Below are positions 1 to 8,383 of a stretch of DNA of 33,725 nt, piece by piece; positions within the stretch are counted from its first letter, which is position 1, and each line of letters starts with the position of its first letter. The notes under the pieces are model-generated. The model searched no databases and was not told the DNA's origin. It saw nothing but the letters and a program-made list of their open reading frames with translations. The position numbers and the translations under genes were made by a program. Source of the DNA: an uncultured Anaerolineales bacterium (GTDB taxonomy: Bacteria > Chloroflexota > Anaerolineae > Anaerolineales > UBA6663); the NCBI GenBank assembly GCA_964449185.1, contig CAYUYN010000001.1:13212-46936 (forward strand). Direction: 5' to 3'.

Positions 1-58
1 CCAGGTGCCGGCCGATGAACTGTGGGTCAAGCTGCAGGGGCTGAAGGTCTGGATGGCG

Positions 59-92
59 ACACCTGCACTTGCAGCGCAGGTGCAAGTGTGGC
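59..92 (+). repeat. Short palindromic insertion element, copy A (~34-35 bp)
   Basis: Sequence is ACACCTGCACTTGCAGCGCAGGTGCAAGTGTGGC. It matches the reverse complement of copy B at 691-724 except in a 6-nt central spacer. The arms CACTTGCA/TGCAAGTG and CACCTGC/GCAGGTG can pair. Its position matches a frame 2 to frame 1 shift in the transposase, which needs an insert length of 2 mod 3. Confidence 0.7.
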
Positions 93-690
93 GTTGCAGG
101 TTGCGACCCGCTTGCCCACAGGGGGCCTTCGGCTCTGGCTGGGCGGGGTGGTCTCGCCGCACCGCGATCGGGCCCTGATTGCGGCTTTGGTGCAGAAGAT
201 CCGCGCGTGCGCTTTGCCACGGCCCTTGCTGCTCTGTGTGGATGGGCTTGCGACCTACGTGAATGCGATCCGCCGGGTCTTTCGCGATCCGCGGCCGCGG
301 AACCATCAGCGCGGGCGCTGTCGCTTGCAAGCCTGGCGTGGACTGTACATTGCACAGGTCGTCAAGCAGTACGCCAAACGGCATGGGGTGGCGGTCAAGC
401 ATCGCATTGTCCAGGGGCGACGGACCGCGGTGCAACGCTTGATCGAGCGAACCCAGGGCGAAGGTGGGATTAACACCGCTTACGTGGAGCGCCTCAACGC
501 GACCTTCCGGGCCCGGCTCAATGGCTTGGTGCGGCGTGGCCGGTCCCTGGCGCGGCAGGTGCCAACCGTGATCCAGGGCATGTACCTCATCGGCACCGTC
601 TATAACTTCTGTACCTTTCATGCCAGTCTGCGCCTCCGCCGCCGGGGCCGCCCGGATCGCACCGGCCACCGCTGGCACTGGCGCACCCCG

Positions 691-724
691 GCCACACTTG
701 CACCTGCGGCGCTAGTGCAGGTGT
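691..724 (-). repeat. Short palindromic insertion element, copy B (inverted relative to copy A)
   Basis: Sequence is GCCACACTTGCACCTGCGGCGCTAGTGCAGGTGT. The arms CCACACTTGCAC and GTGCAGGTGTGG pair in 11 of 12 positions around an ~11-nt spacer. It interrupts the conserved ..RTPA / AEITDHRW.. junction of the transposase and shifts frame 1 to frame 3. Confidence 0.7.
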
Positions 725-963
725 GGCCGCTGAAATCACCGATCATCGCTGGAGTGTCCATGAACTGTTGTCGTTCCATGTCCCGCCCTCCCGACCGGCC
801 CCCGGTTCGGCACGGGGGTGGACACCGCCCAAGCGTCGCGGACGCTGGTCCAAGGCTACGCACGCCCTGGTAACCCGCTGGTGCTCATGACCACGGTTAA
901 GTGGAGTGCTACCCCCGTCCAGCCAGTCCGCTTGTTCTACTCTTTCCACTGCGTAAGCGGTGC

Positions 964-1182
964 TCAAGCGGTAAAAAGACTGTCCATGTTCTTGGCCGAC
1001 TCCCGATGGGCCTGGTCCATCAGATGGCCATAGATATCCACCGTGGTCGAGAACGAGGCGTGGCCGGCGATCTTCTGCACGTCTGATGCCGGAGCGCCGG
1101 CCGCCAGCTGTTAGGAGACAAAGGTATGTCTAAGGTCGTGGATCCGGATCGTCTCAGGCAAACCAGTGAACTGCGCCCCTTG
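964..1182 (-). pseudogene. Tyrosine recombinase (phage-integrase family) C-terminal fragment with an in-frame stop
   Basis: Minus-strand translation reads GAQFTGLPETIRIHDLRHTFVS*QLAAGAPASDVQKIAGHASFSTTVDIYGHLMDQAHRESAKNMDSLFTA-stop. It carries the HxLRHT box and the GH..S..T...Y.H catalytic Tyr box. The in-frame TAA is the complement of 1111-1113. No N-terminal domain lies upstream. Confidence 0.7.
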
Positions 1183-1295
1183 GTTTGGACAGAATAGCGG
1201 TCCAGTGAAGGGAATAAGCCGGTAGAACTGGATGGGCGTCCGTCAGACCGAAGCGCTGGTTCCCGGCCAGAGCGCCCAAGCAGTGGGAAGCGCCA

Positions 1296-1556
1296 GACAC
1301 GGCGCTTTATCAGGCCCTGGCCGCCAAGCAGATCGCCAACGCGGCCCTGGATGTGCTGGAGCAAGAGCCGCCCGCAGCGTATGATCCGCTGCTGCAGCTG
1401 CCAAAGGTGATGGTGACCCTGCACAGCTCGAGCTGGTCGAGCGAGGCAGTGGTTCAGCGGCGACGGGATGCCGCCCGCAATGTGGTCCGCGTCCTGCGGG
1501 GAGAGCCGTCGCGGCCGGTCGTCAATCCGGCTGTCTTGTCCACCAGCGCGGTCTGA
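1296..1556 (+). pseudogene. D-isomer-specific 2-hydroxyacid dehydrogenase, C-terminal remnant only
   Basis: Translation reads DTALYQALAAKQIANAALDVLEQEPPAAYDPLLQLPKVMVTLHSSSWSSEAVVQRRRDAARNVVRVLRGEP..-stop. This matches the family's C-terminal LDV.E.EP...PL......V..TPH motif region. The NAD-binding and N-terminal domains are absent upstream. Confidence 0.6.
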
Positions 1557-1560
1557 CCGC

Positions 1561-2109
1561 TCAGAAGGAGGCGTAAAGATCGTAAGAATCGGCCGGCATA
1601 GGCTCAGCGAGTGCATTATCCGCCTTGTCCTGGGCCAACGCCTGCAGCTGTCGATAGCGGCCGGCGAAGAATAACAGCGGCGGCCCGTCGCGCACCTCAC
1701 CCGCCAGCGGCTCTCCAATGTACATATCGTGGTCGCCGGCGTGCACGCGCTCGACCACGCGGCAGTCTACGTAAGCCAGCGCACCGGCCACGATCGGCGC
1801 GCCGGTTATGGCACTCGTCATGGCCAAGCCCTCGAATGACTTGGGACCCCGGAACGCATAGCGGCGAGCGATGTCTTCCTGCTCGCCGCCGAGGATGTTC
1901 ACCGCAAAGCACTGTCCCTCCGCCAGGCACTTGTTCATATAATTGTCGCACTTGATGCTGACCAGCAGCCGCGGCGGGTCGAGCGACAGCGACAGAATGG
2001 CGTTGGCCGTCATCCCCCAGACCACATCGCCCCAGCGCGCGGTGATCAGCGTGACGCCGGTGGCAAAGCGGCCCATCAGCCGCCGCTGGACAAGCGGATC
2101 GATAGCCAT
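1561..2109 (-). CDS. Flavin reductase family protein (NAD(P)H:flavin oxidoreductase, HpaC-like split-barrel)
   Basis: 182 aa. The N-terminus LMGRFATGVTLITAR..GMTANAILSLSLDPPRLLVSI..FAVNIL is typical of the Flavin_Reduct domain. It is the last gene of the minus-strand array, 1 nt after the upstream stop. Confidence 0.85.
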   Translation of the reverse strand: MAIDPLVQRRLMGRFATGVTLITARWGDVVWGMTANAILSLSLDPPRLLVSIKCDNYMNKCLAEGQCFAVNILGGEQEDIARRYAFRGPKSFEGLAMTSAITGAPIVAGALAYVDCRVVERVHAGDHDMYIGEPLAGEVRDGPPLLFFAGRYRQLQALAQDKADNALAEPMPADSYDLYASF

Positions 2110-2110
2110 T

Positions 2111-3109
2111 TCAGTCTCCTGTTAGAGTTGAGGTCTGCCCAAACGTCCCCTCCACTGCGCGGATGGCTCGCCAGGCAAACTCCGTGTAGGGCACCGGAAT
2201 GCCCAGCCGCTCAGCTTCGCGTACGATAACGCCGGCCGTGTTGTCCGCCTCCGTGCGCTGGCGCCGCTTGAGATCGAGCAGCATGGCCACCTCGTAGCCG
2301 CCCGTGCCTTCTTCGATGAACTGCCGTCCCATGCGCAGCGCGTCCTCCACCGCCTGATCGAACGGCAGGCTCAAGCGCCGGACGATGTCGATCGTGGGGT
2401 AGTCGCGCGGCGGGTGGCCCAGGGCCGTGGCCACCGCAGCGCATTCGCGTTCAATGCGGGCGAACAGGAAAGCGGCGTCGCGCTGGCTGTAGGCCTGGCC
2501 CAGGCTCAGCCGGGTGAGGGCCGGCACGATCACGAACGGGATCCACCACACCATCTTGCTCCAGCGGGTGGTGGTGATGTTGTCCGGCTCCGTCATCTGC
2601 AGACCGGTAGAGGCGAAGACAGTCCGTAGGTTGGCCACTCGCTCCGAGTGACGGCCATCCAGCTCGCCAATGAAGGTGGGCCGCTTTTCCATGAACCCGT
2701 AGATTTGCCCGGGGCCGATCAGTGATCCGCTGATCAAGGTGACCATGCCAAACACGCGCTCGGCGCCAAACGCGGCAATCAACGGATCATTGACGTCCAA
2801 CCCGTTCTGAACCGACGTGACGCTCGCGATAGGGATGTCAGTGACCAGGGCCAGGGCCGCGGCTGTATCGACATTCTTGGTGGCCAGGACCAGCAGATCA
2901 ACCTCCCCCACGGCAGTGGGTGCCGGCTGTGTCGTGGCCGTTGGCCGCACGGTGAAACTTTCTTGCCCCGTCACGCTGAGACCGCCCTCATTAATAGCGT
3001 CGACATGCGCCTGATAGCGATCGACCAGGGTGATTGCGTGACCGGCGCGCGCCAGGAGCGCGCCGATATAGCCTCCCACGCCGCCCGCTCCCAAAAGCAT
3101 GATGTTCAT
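2111..3109 (-). CDS. 2-dehydropantoate 2-reductase (ketopantoate reductase / ApbA-PanE) family oxidoreductase
   Basis: 332 aa. It has the N-terminal Rossmann motif MNIMLLGAGGVGGYIGALLARAGH and the C-terminal AMLLDLKRRQRTEAD motif, which resembles SMLQDxxxGRxTEID of PanE/ApbA. Its start overlaps the upstream stop (ATGA at 3106-3109). Confidence 0.85.
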   Translation of the reverse strand: MNIMLLGAGGVGGYIGALLARAGHAITLVDRYQAHVDAINEGGLSVTGQESFTVRPTATTQPAPTAVGEVDLLVLATKNVDTAAALALVTDIPIASVTSVQNGLDVNDPLIAAFGAERVFGMVTLISGSLIGPGQIYGFMEKRPTFIGELDGRHSERVANLRTVFASTGLQMTEPDNITTTRWSKMVWWIPFVIVPALTRLSLGQAYSQRDAAFLFARIERECAAVATALGHPPRDYPTIDIVRRLSLPFDQAVEDALRMGRQFIEEGTGGYEVAMLLDLKRRQRTEADNTAGVIVREAERLGIPVPYTEFAWRAIRAVEGTFGQTSTLTGD

Positions 3110-3930
3110 TGTGGCCAGTACAGTCGCGCGGCGTTGCCGCCCAGGATAAGTGTCCGGTCAGCCGGCGTCAAAAACGTATAAGCGCGCTGCGGGAGCAAGA
3201 GGCTGCGGCGATAGCCTGTCCGCAGCACCACATGCGGGAAATCGCTGCCCCACAATAGGCGCTCCGGCCCCAAGCAGTCGTAAACGGCGTGGACAAGGTC
3301 GTGGCAGTCGGCATAGGGGTAGGGGGTGCCGGAGAAGTAATAGTAGCCGCTCAACTTCACAAAGACGCGGGGAAAACGCGCTAGGTCGAGCAGGGCCTGA
3401 AAGCCCGGCGACTGGGTGCCGGCGCTGGGCTCGGGGTGGGCGAGGTGATCCAGCACCACGGCCACGTCCGGAAAGCGCTCGGCCAGGGCGGCCACAGCGG
3501 GCAGGTGCTGCGGGCCGGCCAATATCTGTACCACGATACCCAGCGCCTGTGCCTTATCCCAGAGGGGATAAGTGGCGGGTTGGCCGAAAATCTCGGCTTC
3601 GCCGGCCAGGCGCGGGCGCAGGCGCAGGCCGCGGCAGCCGCGTTCGGTGACCCAGTAGGCCAGCCGCTCCGGGGCGGCCGGCGCCCGCGGGTCCACGACA
3701 CACACCGCCGCCAGGCAATCCGGCTGGCGGGCCGCTGCATCGGCAATGTATTGGTTGTCTTCACCCGGATAAATAGGCTGGACCAGGACGGCGCGGTCGA
3801 TGGCATGCTCGGCCATATATTCCTGAAACAACTCGAGGGGCACATCGCTGGCTGGGCTCACGATGGTGACACCCGGTGCCGGGTGGGCCGGAAGGGCGCG
3901 CCAAAGGTGGAGGTGGCTGTCGACAATCAC
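3106..3930 (-). CDS. Amidohydrolase-2 family protein (metal-dependent lactonase/hydrolase or decarboxylase type)
   Basis: It has the VIVDSHLHLW metal-binding start and a WGSDFPH C-terminal motif. I moved the start to the GTG at 3930 (M-IVDSHLHLW). The ORF-track extension to 4038 overlaps the upstream gene and is Arg/Pro-rich. Confidence 0.8.
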   Translation of the reverse strand: MIVDSHLHLWRALPAHPAPGVTIVSPASDVPLELFQEYMAEHAIDRAVLVQPIYPGEDNQYIADAAARQPDCLAAVCVVDPRAPAAPERLAYWVTERGCRGLRLRPRLAGEAEIFGQPATYPLWDKAQALGIVVQILAGPQHLPAVAALAERFPDVAVVLDHLAHPEPSAGTQSPGFQALLDLARFPRVFVKLSGYYYFSGTPYPYADCHDLVHAVYDCLGPERLLWGSDFPHVVLRTGYRRSLLLPQRAYTFLTPADRTLILGGNAARLYWPQ

Positions 3931-3950
3931 GCGGTGCCTGCCTGGGCTGC

Positions 3951-4967
3951 CTAAAGCGCGACGCTCTGGCCGCTGTCTGCCGAGCGGTAGGCCGCTTCGA
4001 GCACCCGCATGCCGAGCAGGCCGTGGCGGCCGGTGCACAGCGGGGCGGCGCCCTCCAGGACGCAGTCCAAGAAGCGATCGATCTGCGCCTCGTACATGGC
4101 GGCCTGAATATGCTCTGCCGGTGATGCCGCGGCGGGCCGTTCAACGTTCCAGGCTCCCCGCGCACGGCGGTGCAACTCAGTGGGAAAGGTGCGGGCGTAA
4201 CCCTGGGTGCCGAAGAGTTCCATGGCCCCGTGCGGGCTGGGCGCAAACAGATGATGCCAGCCCGCCTCGACCACGGCGGTGAGGCCGCCGTCGTACTCGA
4301 TGATGACCAGGGCGGTATCCTCCACCGGGATGGGTTGGTGGTAGGTCCCGATGCGCGCGAAGACGTTGATCGGACGCAACGCGTCGCCAAACACAAAGGC
4401 GATCGTGTCGACGGCGTGAAGGCCGATATCCGTCAGGGCGCCGCCGCCCGCCAGCTTCGGCTGCACAAACCAACTGTCTGCGGCAGGCCCGGAACCGGCC
4501 AGGACGGCGTGCGCCCGTAACCTGAAGACTCGGCCAAGGGTGCCGGCCTGCACCACGCCGCGCAGCCAGCGGTAGGCTTCGCTGGAGCGCCAGGGATGCG
4601 CGATCATCAGCGTGCGCTCCGCGGCTTCGCTGGCGGCCAGCATGGCCTCTGCTTCGGCCACATTCAGGGCCATGGGTTTTTCGCACAGCACATGCTTGCC
4701 GGCTTGCAGCATGGCGATCGAGACCGGCGCGTGCAGGTAATTCGGCAACGCGTTTACCACCGCATCAATGTCGGCGTCGGCCGCCAGCTGATTGTAATCT
4801 GTATATGTCTGCTTTATCCCATGCTGGCGCGCGAGCGGTTCCAGGGAGGCGGCGTGCAGATTGCCCAGGGCAACGAGCTCAGCCCGCGGATTCGCGAGGA
4901 GTGCGGGCAGGTGATACTCGCGCACGATCGCCCCGGTGCCGAGCACAGCGATCCGCGCTTTGTTCAT
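3951..4967 (-). CDS. Gfo/Idh/MocA family NAD(P)-dependent oxidoreductase (inositol/sugar dehydrogenase type)
   Basis: 338 aa. Family hallmarks are MNKARIAVLGTGAIVREYHLPAL..AELVAL and the EKP motif (VLCEKPMAL). Confidence 0.85.
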   Translation of the reverse strand: MNKARIAVLGTGAIVREYHLPALLANPRAELVALGNLHAASLEPLARQHGIKQTYTDYNQLAADADIDAVVNALPNYLHAPVSIAMLQAGKHVLCEKPMALNVAEAEAMLAASEAAERTLMIAHPWRSSEAYRWLRGVVQAGTLGRVFRLRAHAVLAGSGPAADSWFVQPKLAGGGALTDIGLHAVDTIAFVFGDALRPINVFARIGTYHQPIPVEDTALVIIEYDGGLTAVVEAGWHHLFAPSPHGAMELFGTQGYARTFPTELHRRARGAWNVERPAAASPAEHIQAAMYEAQIDRFLDCVLEGAAPLCTGRHGLLGMRVLEAAYRSADSGQSVAL

Positions 4968-4982
4968 GGGAGGTGTCCGCGG

Positions 4983-5684
4983 CTAGGGCAAGACATGGCG
5001 GTAGCTGGCGGGGAAGGTCTGTGAGTGGCGAAAAGCTTCGGCGTAACGGCAAGTCGCTTGCAGTCCACGGAAAGCCGAGCAGACTTCCATAAATTCGAGC
5101 AGGGTCATGCCGTAACGCGCGCGCATCAGTTCCAGTTGGCTGGCGTGCGCCGCCAGCATTTGCCGCTTGCGCTCAAAGCTGGCGCTGATGTCCACGTACG
5201 TTTGCGGCACAAAGTTAATGCCGGCGATCGTATCCATGAAATACAAATCGGGAATTTTGTCGGTTGGCGGGTGCTGGGTCTGAATATTGATTTGAACGAC
5301 CATCAAGTGGATGTTCCACAGGATCTGACCGGTGGCCGCGTGATCGGGGTGGTAGTCGTGTAAGGGATCGTGCGTGAGGATGACGTCGGCTTGGGTCTCG
5401 CGCACCAGGTCGATAAAGCGTAGGCGGGTGGTGTCGTTGTCGTACAGGCTGCGCTCCGGAAAGCCCAACCAGATCGGCTGCGCCCCAATCGTCGCCGCTG
5501 AGGTGCGCGCTTCCTGCTGGCGGATGCGGCTGATCTCGGCCTCTGGCAAGGTGGTGGAGCCGCCGGCGCCGTCGGTCGCCACCGCCATAAAAACCTCGTC
5601 GCCGCGCTCGGCGTACCGGGCGAGGGTCCCGCCGCACAGTATTTCCAGATCGTCGGGATGAGCACCCACCGCAAGAATTCGCAT
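4983..5684 (-). CDS. PIG-L family deacetylase (LmbE-like N-acetylglucosaminyl deacetylase)
   Basis: The start MRILAVGAHPDDLEILCGGTLARY..VATDG carries the canonical PIG-L AHPDD motif, and HPDH occurs later. I moved the start to the ATG at 5684. The upstream 45 codons are Arg/Gly-rich. Confidence 0.85.
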   Translation of the reverse strand: MRILAVGAHPDDLEILCGGTLARYAERGDEVFMAVATDGAGGSTTLPEAEISRIRQQEARTSAATIGAQPIWLGFPERSLYDNDTTRLRFIDLVRETQADVILTHDPLHDYHPDHAATGQILWNIHLMVVQINIQTQHPPTDKIPDLYFMDTIAGINFVPQTYVDISASFERKRQMLAAHASQLELMRARYGMTLLEFMEVCSAFRGLQATCRYAEAFRHSQTFPASYRHVLP

Positions 5685-5758
5685 GCTAGGCTCGGGTTGT
5701 GTTCGGGAAGGCCGGCGGCAACGCGCCGGCCTGGTTGGACGGCTGACCGCGCGACCGG

Positions 5759-6526
5759 CTATGGCCGCACGGGCGCCGCGGCGGCCACCATCTTTTGGCA
5801 GGCCTCCTGCAGCATCCATTCGTCGCCGCTGGCGAGCAGCACCCGCGCGCCCTGCTGGATGCGCTTTTCCATCAGGGGCAGGTTGGCGGGGTAGAAGCCC
5901 ATGCCGGCCGGTTTACCGGCCTTCTTCGCCGCGGCGATGACCTTCTCGGTGGCTGCCTCCACCTTGGGGTGCTGCATCTGCATCGGAACCCCCAGCGCGA
6001 TAGACAGGTCCGCCGGCCCCATCACCACGGTGTCGAGCCCGTCCACGGCCATGATCTCGTCGATGTTATCGATCGCTTCGGCCGTCTCGATGATGAACAT
6101 GCACACGAGGCTGGGCTCGGTTTTGGGAAAATAGTTGCTGTCAAAGCCGTACTGATAGGCCCGCGATGGGCCGTAGCTGCGCGTTCCAACGGGCGGGTAG
6201 CGGCACGCCTGAACCGTTTTTTCGACGTCGGCCGCGCTCTTTATGAGCGGAATGAGCACGCCGCCGGCCCCCATGTCGAGCGCCAGCCGGATCTCATCGG
6301 GGTCGTTGCGTCCGAAGCGCACAATTGGGGTGCAGGGGTAGCCGTTCATCGCCTGCATCTGGGCTTGTATGCCGACCGGCGTCTGCGGGGCATGCTCGCC
6401 GTCGATGACGAGATAGTCGTAGCCGGCGGCGGCAAACAGTTCGGCGATGGCGGGCGTGCCCAACCGCAGCTGCGCGCCGAGGGCGACCTTGCCGGCCGCC
6501 AGGAGATCCTTGAAATGATTGACCAT
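5759..6526 (-). CDS. HpcH/HpaI family aldolase (2-keto-3-deoxy-acid, pyruvate-forming class II aldolase), paralogue 1
   Basis: 255 aa. Typical family motifs are DYLVIDGEHAP, VRFGRNDP, GAGGVLIPL and IETAEAIDNIDEI. Confidence 0.85.
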   Translation of the reverse strand: MVNHFKDLLAAGKVALGAQLRLGTPAIAELFAAAGYDYLVIDGEHAPQTPVGIQAQMQAMNGYPCTPIVRFGRNDPDEIRLALDMGAGGVLIPLIKSAADVEKTVQACRYPPVGTRSYGPSRAYQYGFDSNYFPKTEPSLVCMFIIETAEAIDNIDEIMAVDGLDTVVMGPADLSIALGVPMQMQHPKVEAATEKVIAAAKKAGKPAGMGFYPANLPLMEKRIQQGARVLLASGDEWMLQEACQKMVAAAAPVRP

Positions 6527-6590
6527 GGGTGTTGTTATCCAGGCTGTAAGTGAACGGCGGCTGGTAGGGCCTACCAGCCCCGGCTGGCGG

Positions 6591-7517
6591 CTAGGCCGCG
6601 GTCTGCAGTTCGGCCATCACGGCTTGTACGTTCTCGCTCTTGGCGTCGAGATCGCGTTTCATCATCTCGATCACCACGGTTTCAAAGAGCGCTTCGCTGG
6701 CGCCGGCGGCGTAAGCCAGGCGCTGCACCTCGGCGCGATATTGGCGCATCTCCAGGATAGTATGCGTCATTTGGTACGTGCGCTCCACCGTGGCTGGCTG
6801 GGCGCGCGTGTCAATCGAAAGCCGCACGCGGTCCGAAGCATTCGGCAGCGCCCAGTGCAGCAGCAGGTGATGGAAGATCAGCACGTCACCCGGCCGGTAA
6901 GCGGTGGTGAGCCAGGGGCCGTCAATGTCCTCGAGCGCCACGCCCTTTTGCTTTCTGCCCTTCAACACGTACGAAAAGACGTCGTCGCGCTCCACATGCT
7001 CGCGCAGGCCCTGCTTGTGCGAACCGGCGGCGATCACCAGTCCACCAACTTTCTCGTCGATGTGCATCAGAGGCATCCACAACGTCCGAAACTCTTCATT
7101 CGCGCGGATAAAGAAGGAGTCCTGATGCGCCGGCGTCACGTGCGCGGTGTCGGCGGGCAGGGTGTAGCGCAGCGTCGGTCCCTTGAACATGAAGGCGGGT
7201 TCGCCAAAGGTGATATCCGCGATGCGCTTGGCCGAGCCCTCGCACAGGGCCGCGCACGAGGCGAGGGCGTACAGCGCGTCGTCCTGTATTTGATCGAGCC
7301 CCGCCCCCGTCCAGAGGGTTTCCGTTTCACCCGCCTTGACAATGCCCTGATCCTGCAGCACGCGCAGCATATCGCTGCGGACGTGCTCCACTTCGTCAAG
7401 CTCCAGGACGTTGCGGAAAAATAGATAGCCCTCGTCCTTGAGCAGCGTGTCCATGCGCCCAAAGTCATCTAGGTGCTCGTTGGCTTCGCGCAGTTGGCCT
7501 AGGGCGGTCTGGGTCAT
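6591..7517 (-). CDS. Phytanoyl-CoA dioxygenase (PhyH) family Fe(II)/2-oxoglutarate-dependent oxygenase
   Basis: It has the HQD facial-triad region (TPAHQDSFFI), TLWMPLMHIDE..GGL..AAGSHK and a later HH..LH. I prefer the ATG at 7517, preceded by GGAGAG 7 nt upstream. The ORF-track alternative at 7532 lacks a ribosome site. Confidence 0.8.
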   Translation of the reverse strand: MTQTALGQLREANEHLDDFGRMDTLLKDEGYLFFRNVLELDEVEHVRSDMLRVLQDQGIVKAGETETLWTGAGLDQIQDDALYALASCAALCEGSAKRIADITFGEPAFMFKGPTLRYTLPADTAHVTPAHQDSFFIRANEEFRTLWMPLMHIDEKVGGLVIAAGSHKQGLREHVERDDVFSYVLKGRKQKGVALEDIDGPWLTTAYRPGDVLIFHHLLLHWALPNASDRVRLSIDTRAQPATVERTYQMTHTILEMRQYRAEVQRLAYAAGASEALFETVVIEMMKRDLDAKSENVQAVMAELQTAA

Positions 7518-7555
7518 GTCTTGGCTCTCCATGTCTGCCTGGATGGGCGGTTGCG

Positions 7556-8383
7556 CTACGCGACGGTCGCGGGGGCCGTCACCGCTTCGGCCAGCGGCAC
7601 CTGCGCCACCCGGCGGCCCGGGATGGAATTGATGAGCAGCCGGGTATAGGCGTGCTGCGGGTTCTCAAAGACCTGGCCGGTAGCGCCTGTCTCAACGATG
7701 TCGCCCTTCCGCATCACATACACGCGCGAGGTCAGGTAGCGCACCAGCCCCAGATCGTGCGAGATAAAGATGATGGCCAGGCCGCGCTCTTGCTGCAGCT
7801 GGCGCAGCAGGTTGAGCAGCTGGGCCTGCGCCGACTGGTCAATAGAGGAGGTCGGCTCATCGGCGATTAGCACTCTAGGCTTGGGCGCCAGGGCGCGGGC
7901 CACGCTCACGCGCTGCCGCTGTCCGCCCGAGAGCGACTTGGGGTACTGCAGCGCCTGCTCGTGGCTGATTCCCATCGACTGCAGCAGTTTGAGGGCCTCC
8001 TCCCTGGCCTGGCTGCCGCGCAGGCCTTGCCAGACGTGCAGGGCTTCCGCCACGGCTTCCCACGCGCGCTGGCGGGGGTTGAGCGATGAGTACGGATCTT
8101 GAAACACCATCTGGATCGACCAGCGCTCGGCGCGCGGAAAACGGTGCTGCGCGGCGGCGCCGAAGATCGGCCGGCCCTCGAGCAGCACTTCTCCCTGCGC
8201 CAGCCGCTGCAGGCCGACCAGCACGCGCGCGACCGTCGTCTTGCCGCTGCCGCTTTCGCCGACGATGCCCACGGCCTCCGCCGGGTTTACCGACAAGCTA
8301 GCGGCGTTGACGGCGTTAAAGGCTTCGGGTCCATGCCCAAATGTGACGGTCAGGTCGCGCGCCTCGAGCAGTGGGGCCGTCAT
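7556..8383 (-). CDS. ABC transporter ATP-binding protein (DppF/OppF type)
   Basis: It has Walker A GESGSGKTT, the signature LSGGQRQRV, Walker B LIADEPTS and the C-terminal NPQHAYTRLL motif. The start at 8383 forms an ATGA overlap with the upstream stop. The ORF-track extension to 8521 is rejected. Confidence 0.9.
   Translation of the reverse strand: MTAPLLEARDLTVTFGHGPEAFNAVNAASLSVNPAEAVGIVGESGSGKTTVARVLVGLQRLAQGEVLLEGRPIFGAAAQHRFPRAERWSIQMVFQDPYSSLNPRQRAWEAVAEALHVWQGLRGSQAREEALKLLQSMGISHEQALQYPKSLSGGQRQRVSVARALAPKPRVLIADEPTSSIDQSAQAQLLNLLRQLQQERGLAIIFISHDLGLVRYLTSRVYVMRKGDIVETGATGQVFENPQHAYTRLLINSIPGRRVAQVPLAEAVTAPATVA

Larger units (their letters stand above)
1..890 (+). pseudogene. IS1-like DDE transposase, 5' end cut by the window edge, split into three reading frames by two ~35-bp insertions
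   Basis: Frame 2 (2-58) reads QVPADELWVKLQGLKVWMA. Frame 1 (88 to ~690) reads ALQVATRL..LLCVDGLATYVNAIRRVF..INTAYVERLNATFRARLNGLVRRGRSLARQ..YNFCTFHASL. Frame 3 (729-890) reads AEITDHRWSVHELLSFHVPP..PPKRRGRWSK then stop. The N-terminal DELW, central ERxNxTxRxR and C-terminal TDHxWSxxELLS motifs are typical of IS1-family-like transposases. Both frame switches coincide with the palindromic elements at 59-92 and 691-724. Confidence 0.7.

Noticed and set aside
890-1300. Looked for a tRNA gene or att site next to the integrase fragment
   Set aside because: I found no T-arm (GTTCGAATC-like) or cloverleaf-compatible segment. The GCTCAAGCGGTA string near 962-973 is just the end of the integrase reading frame.
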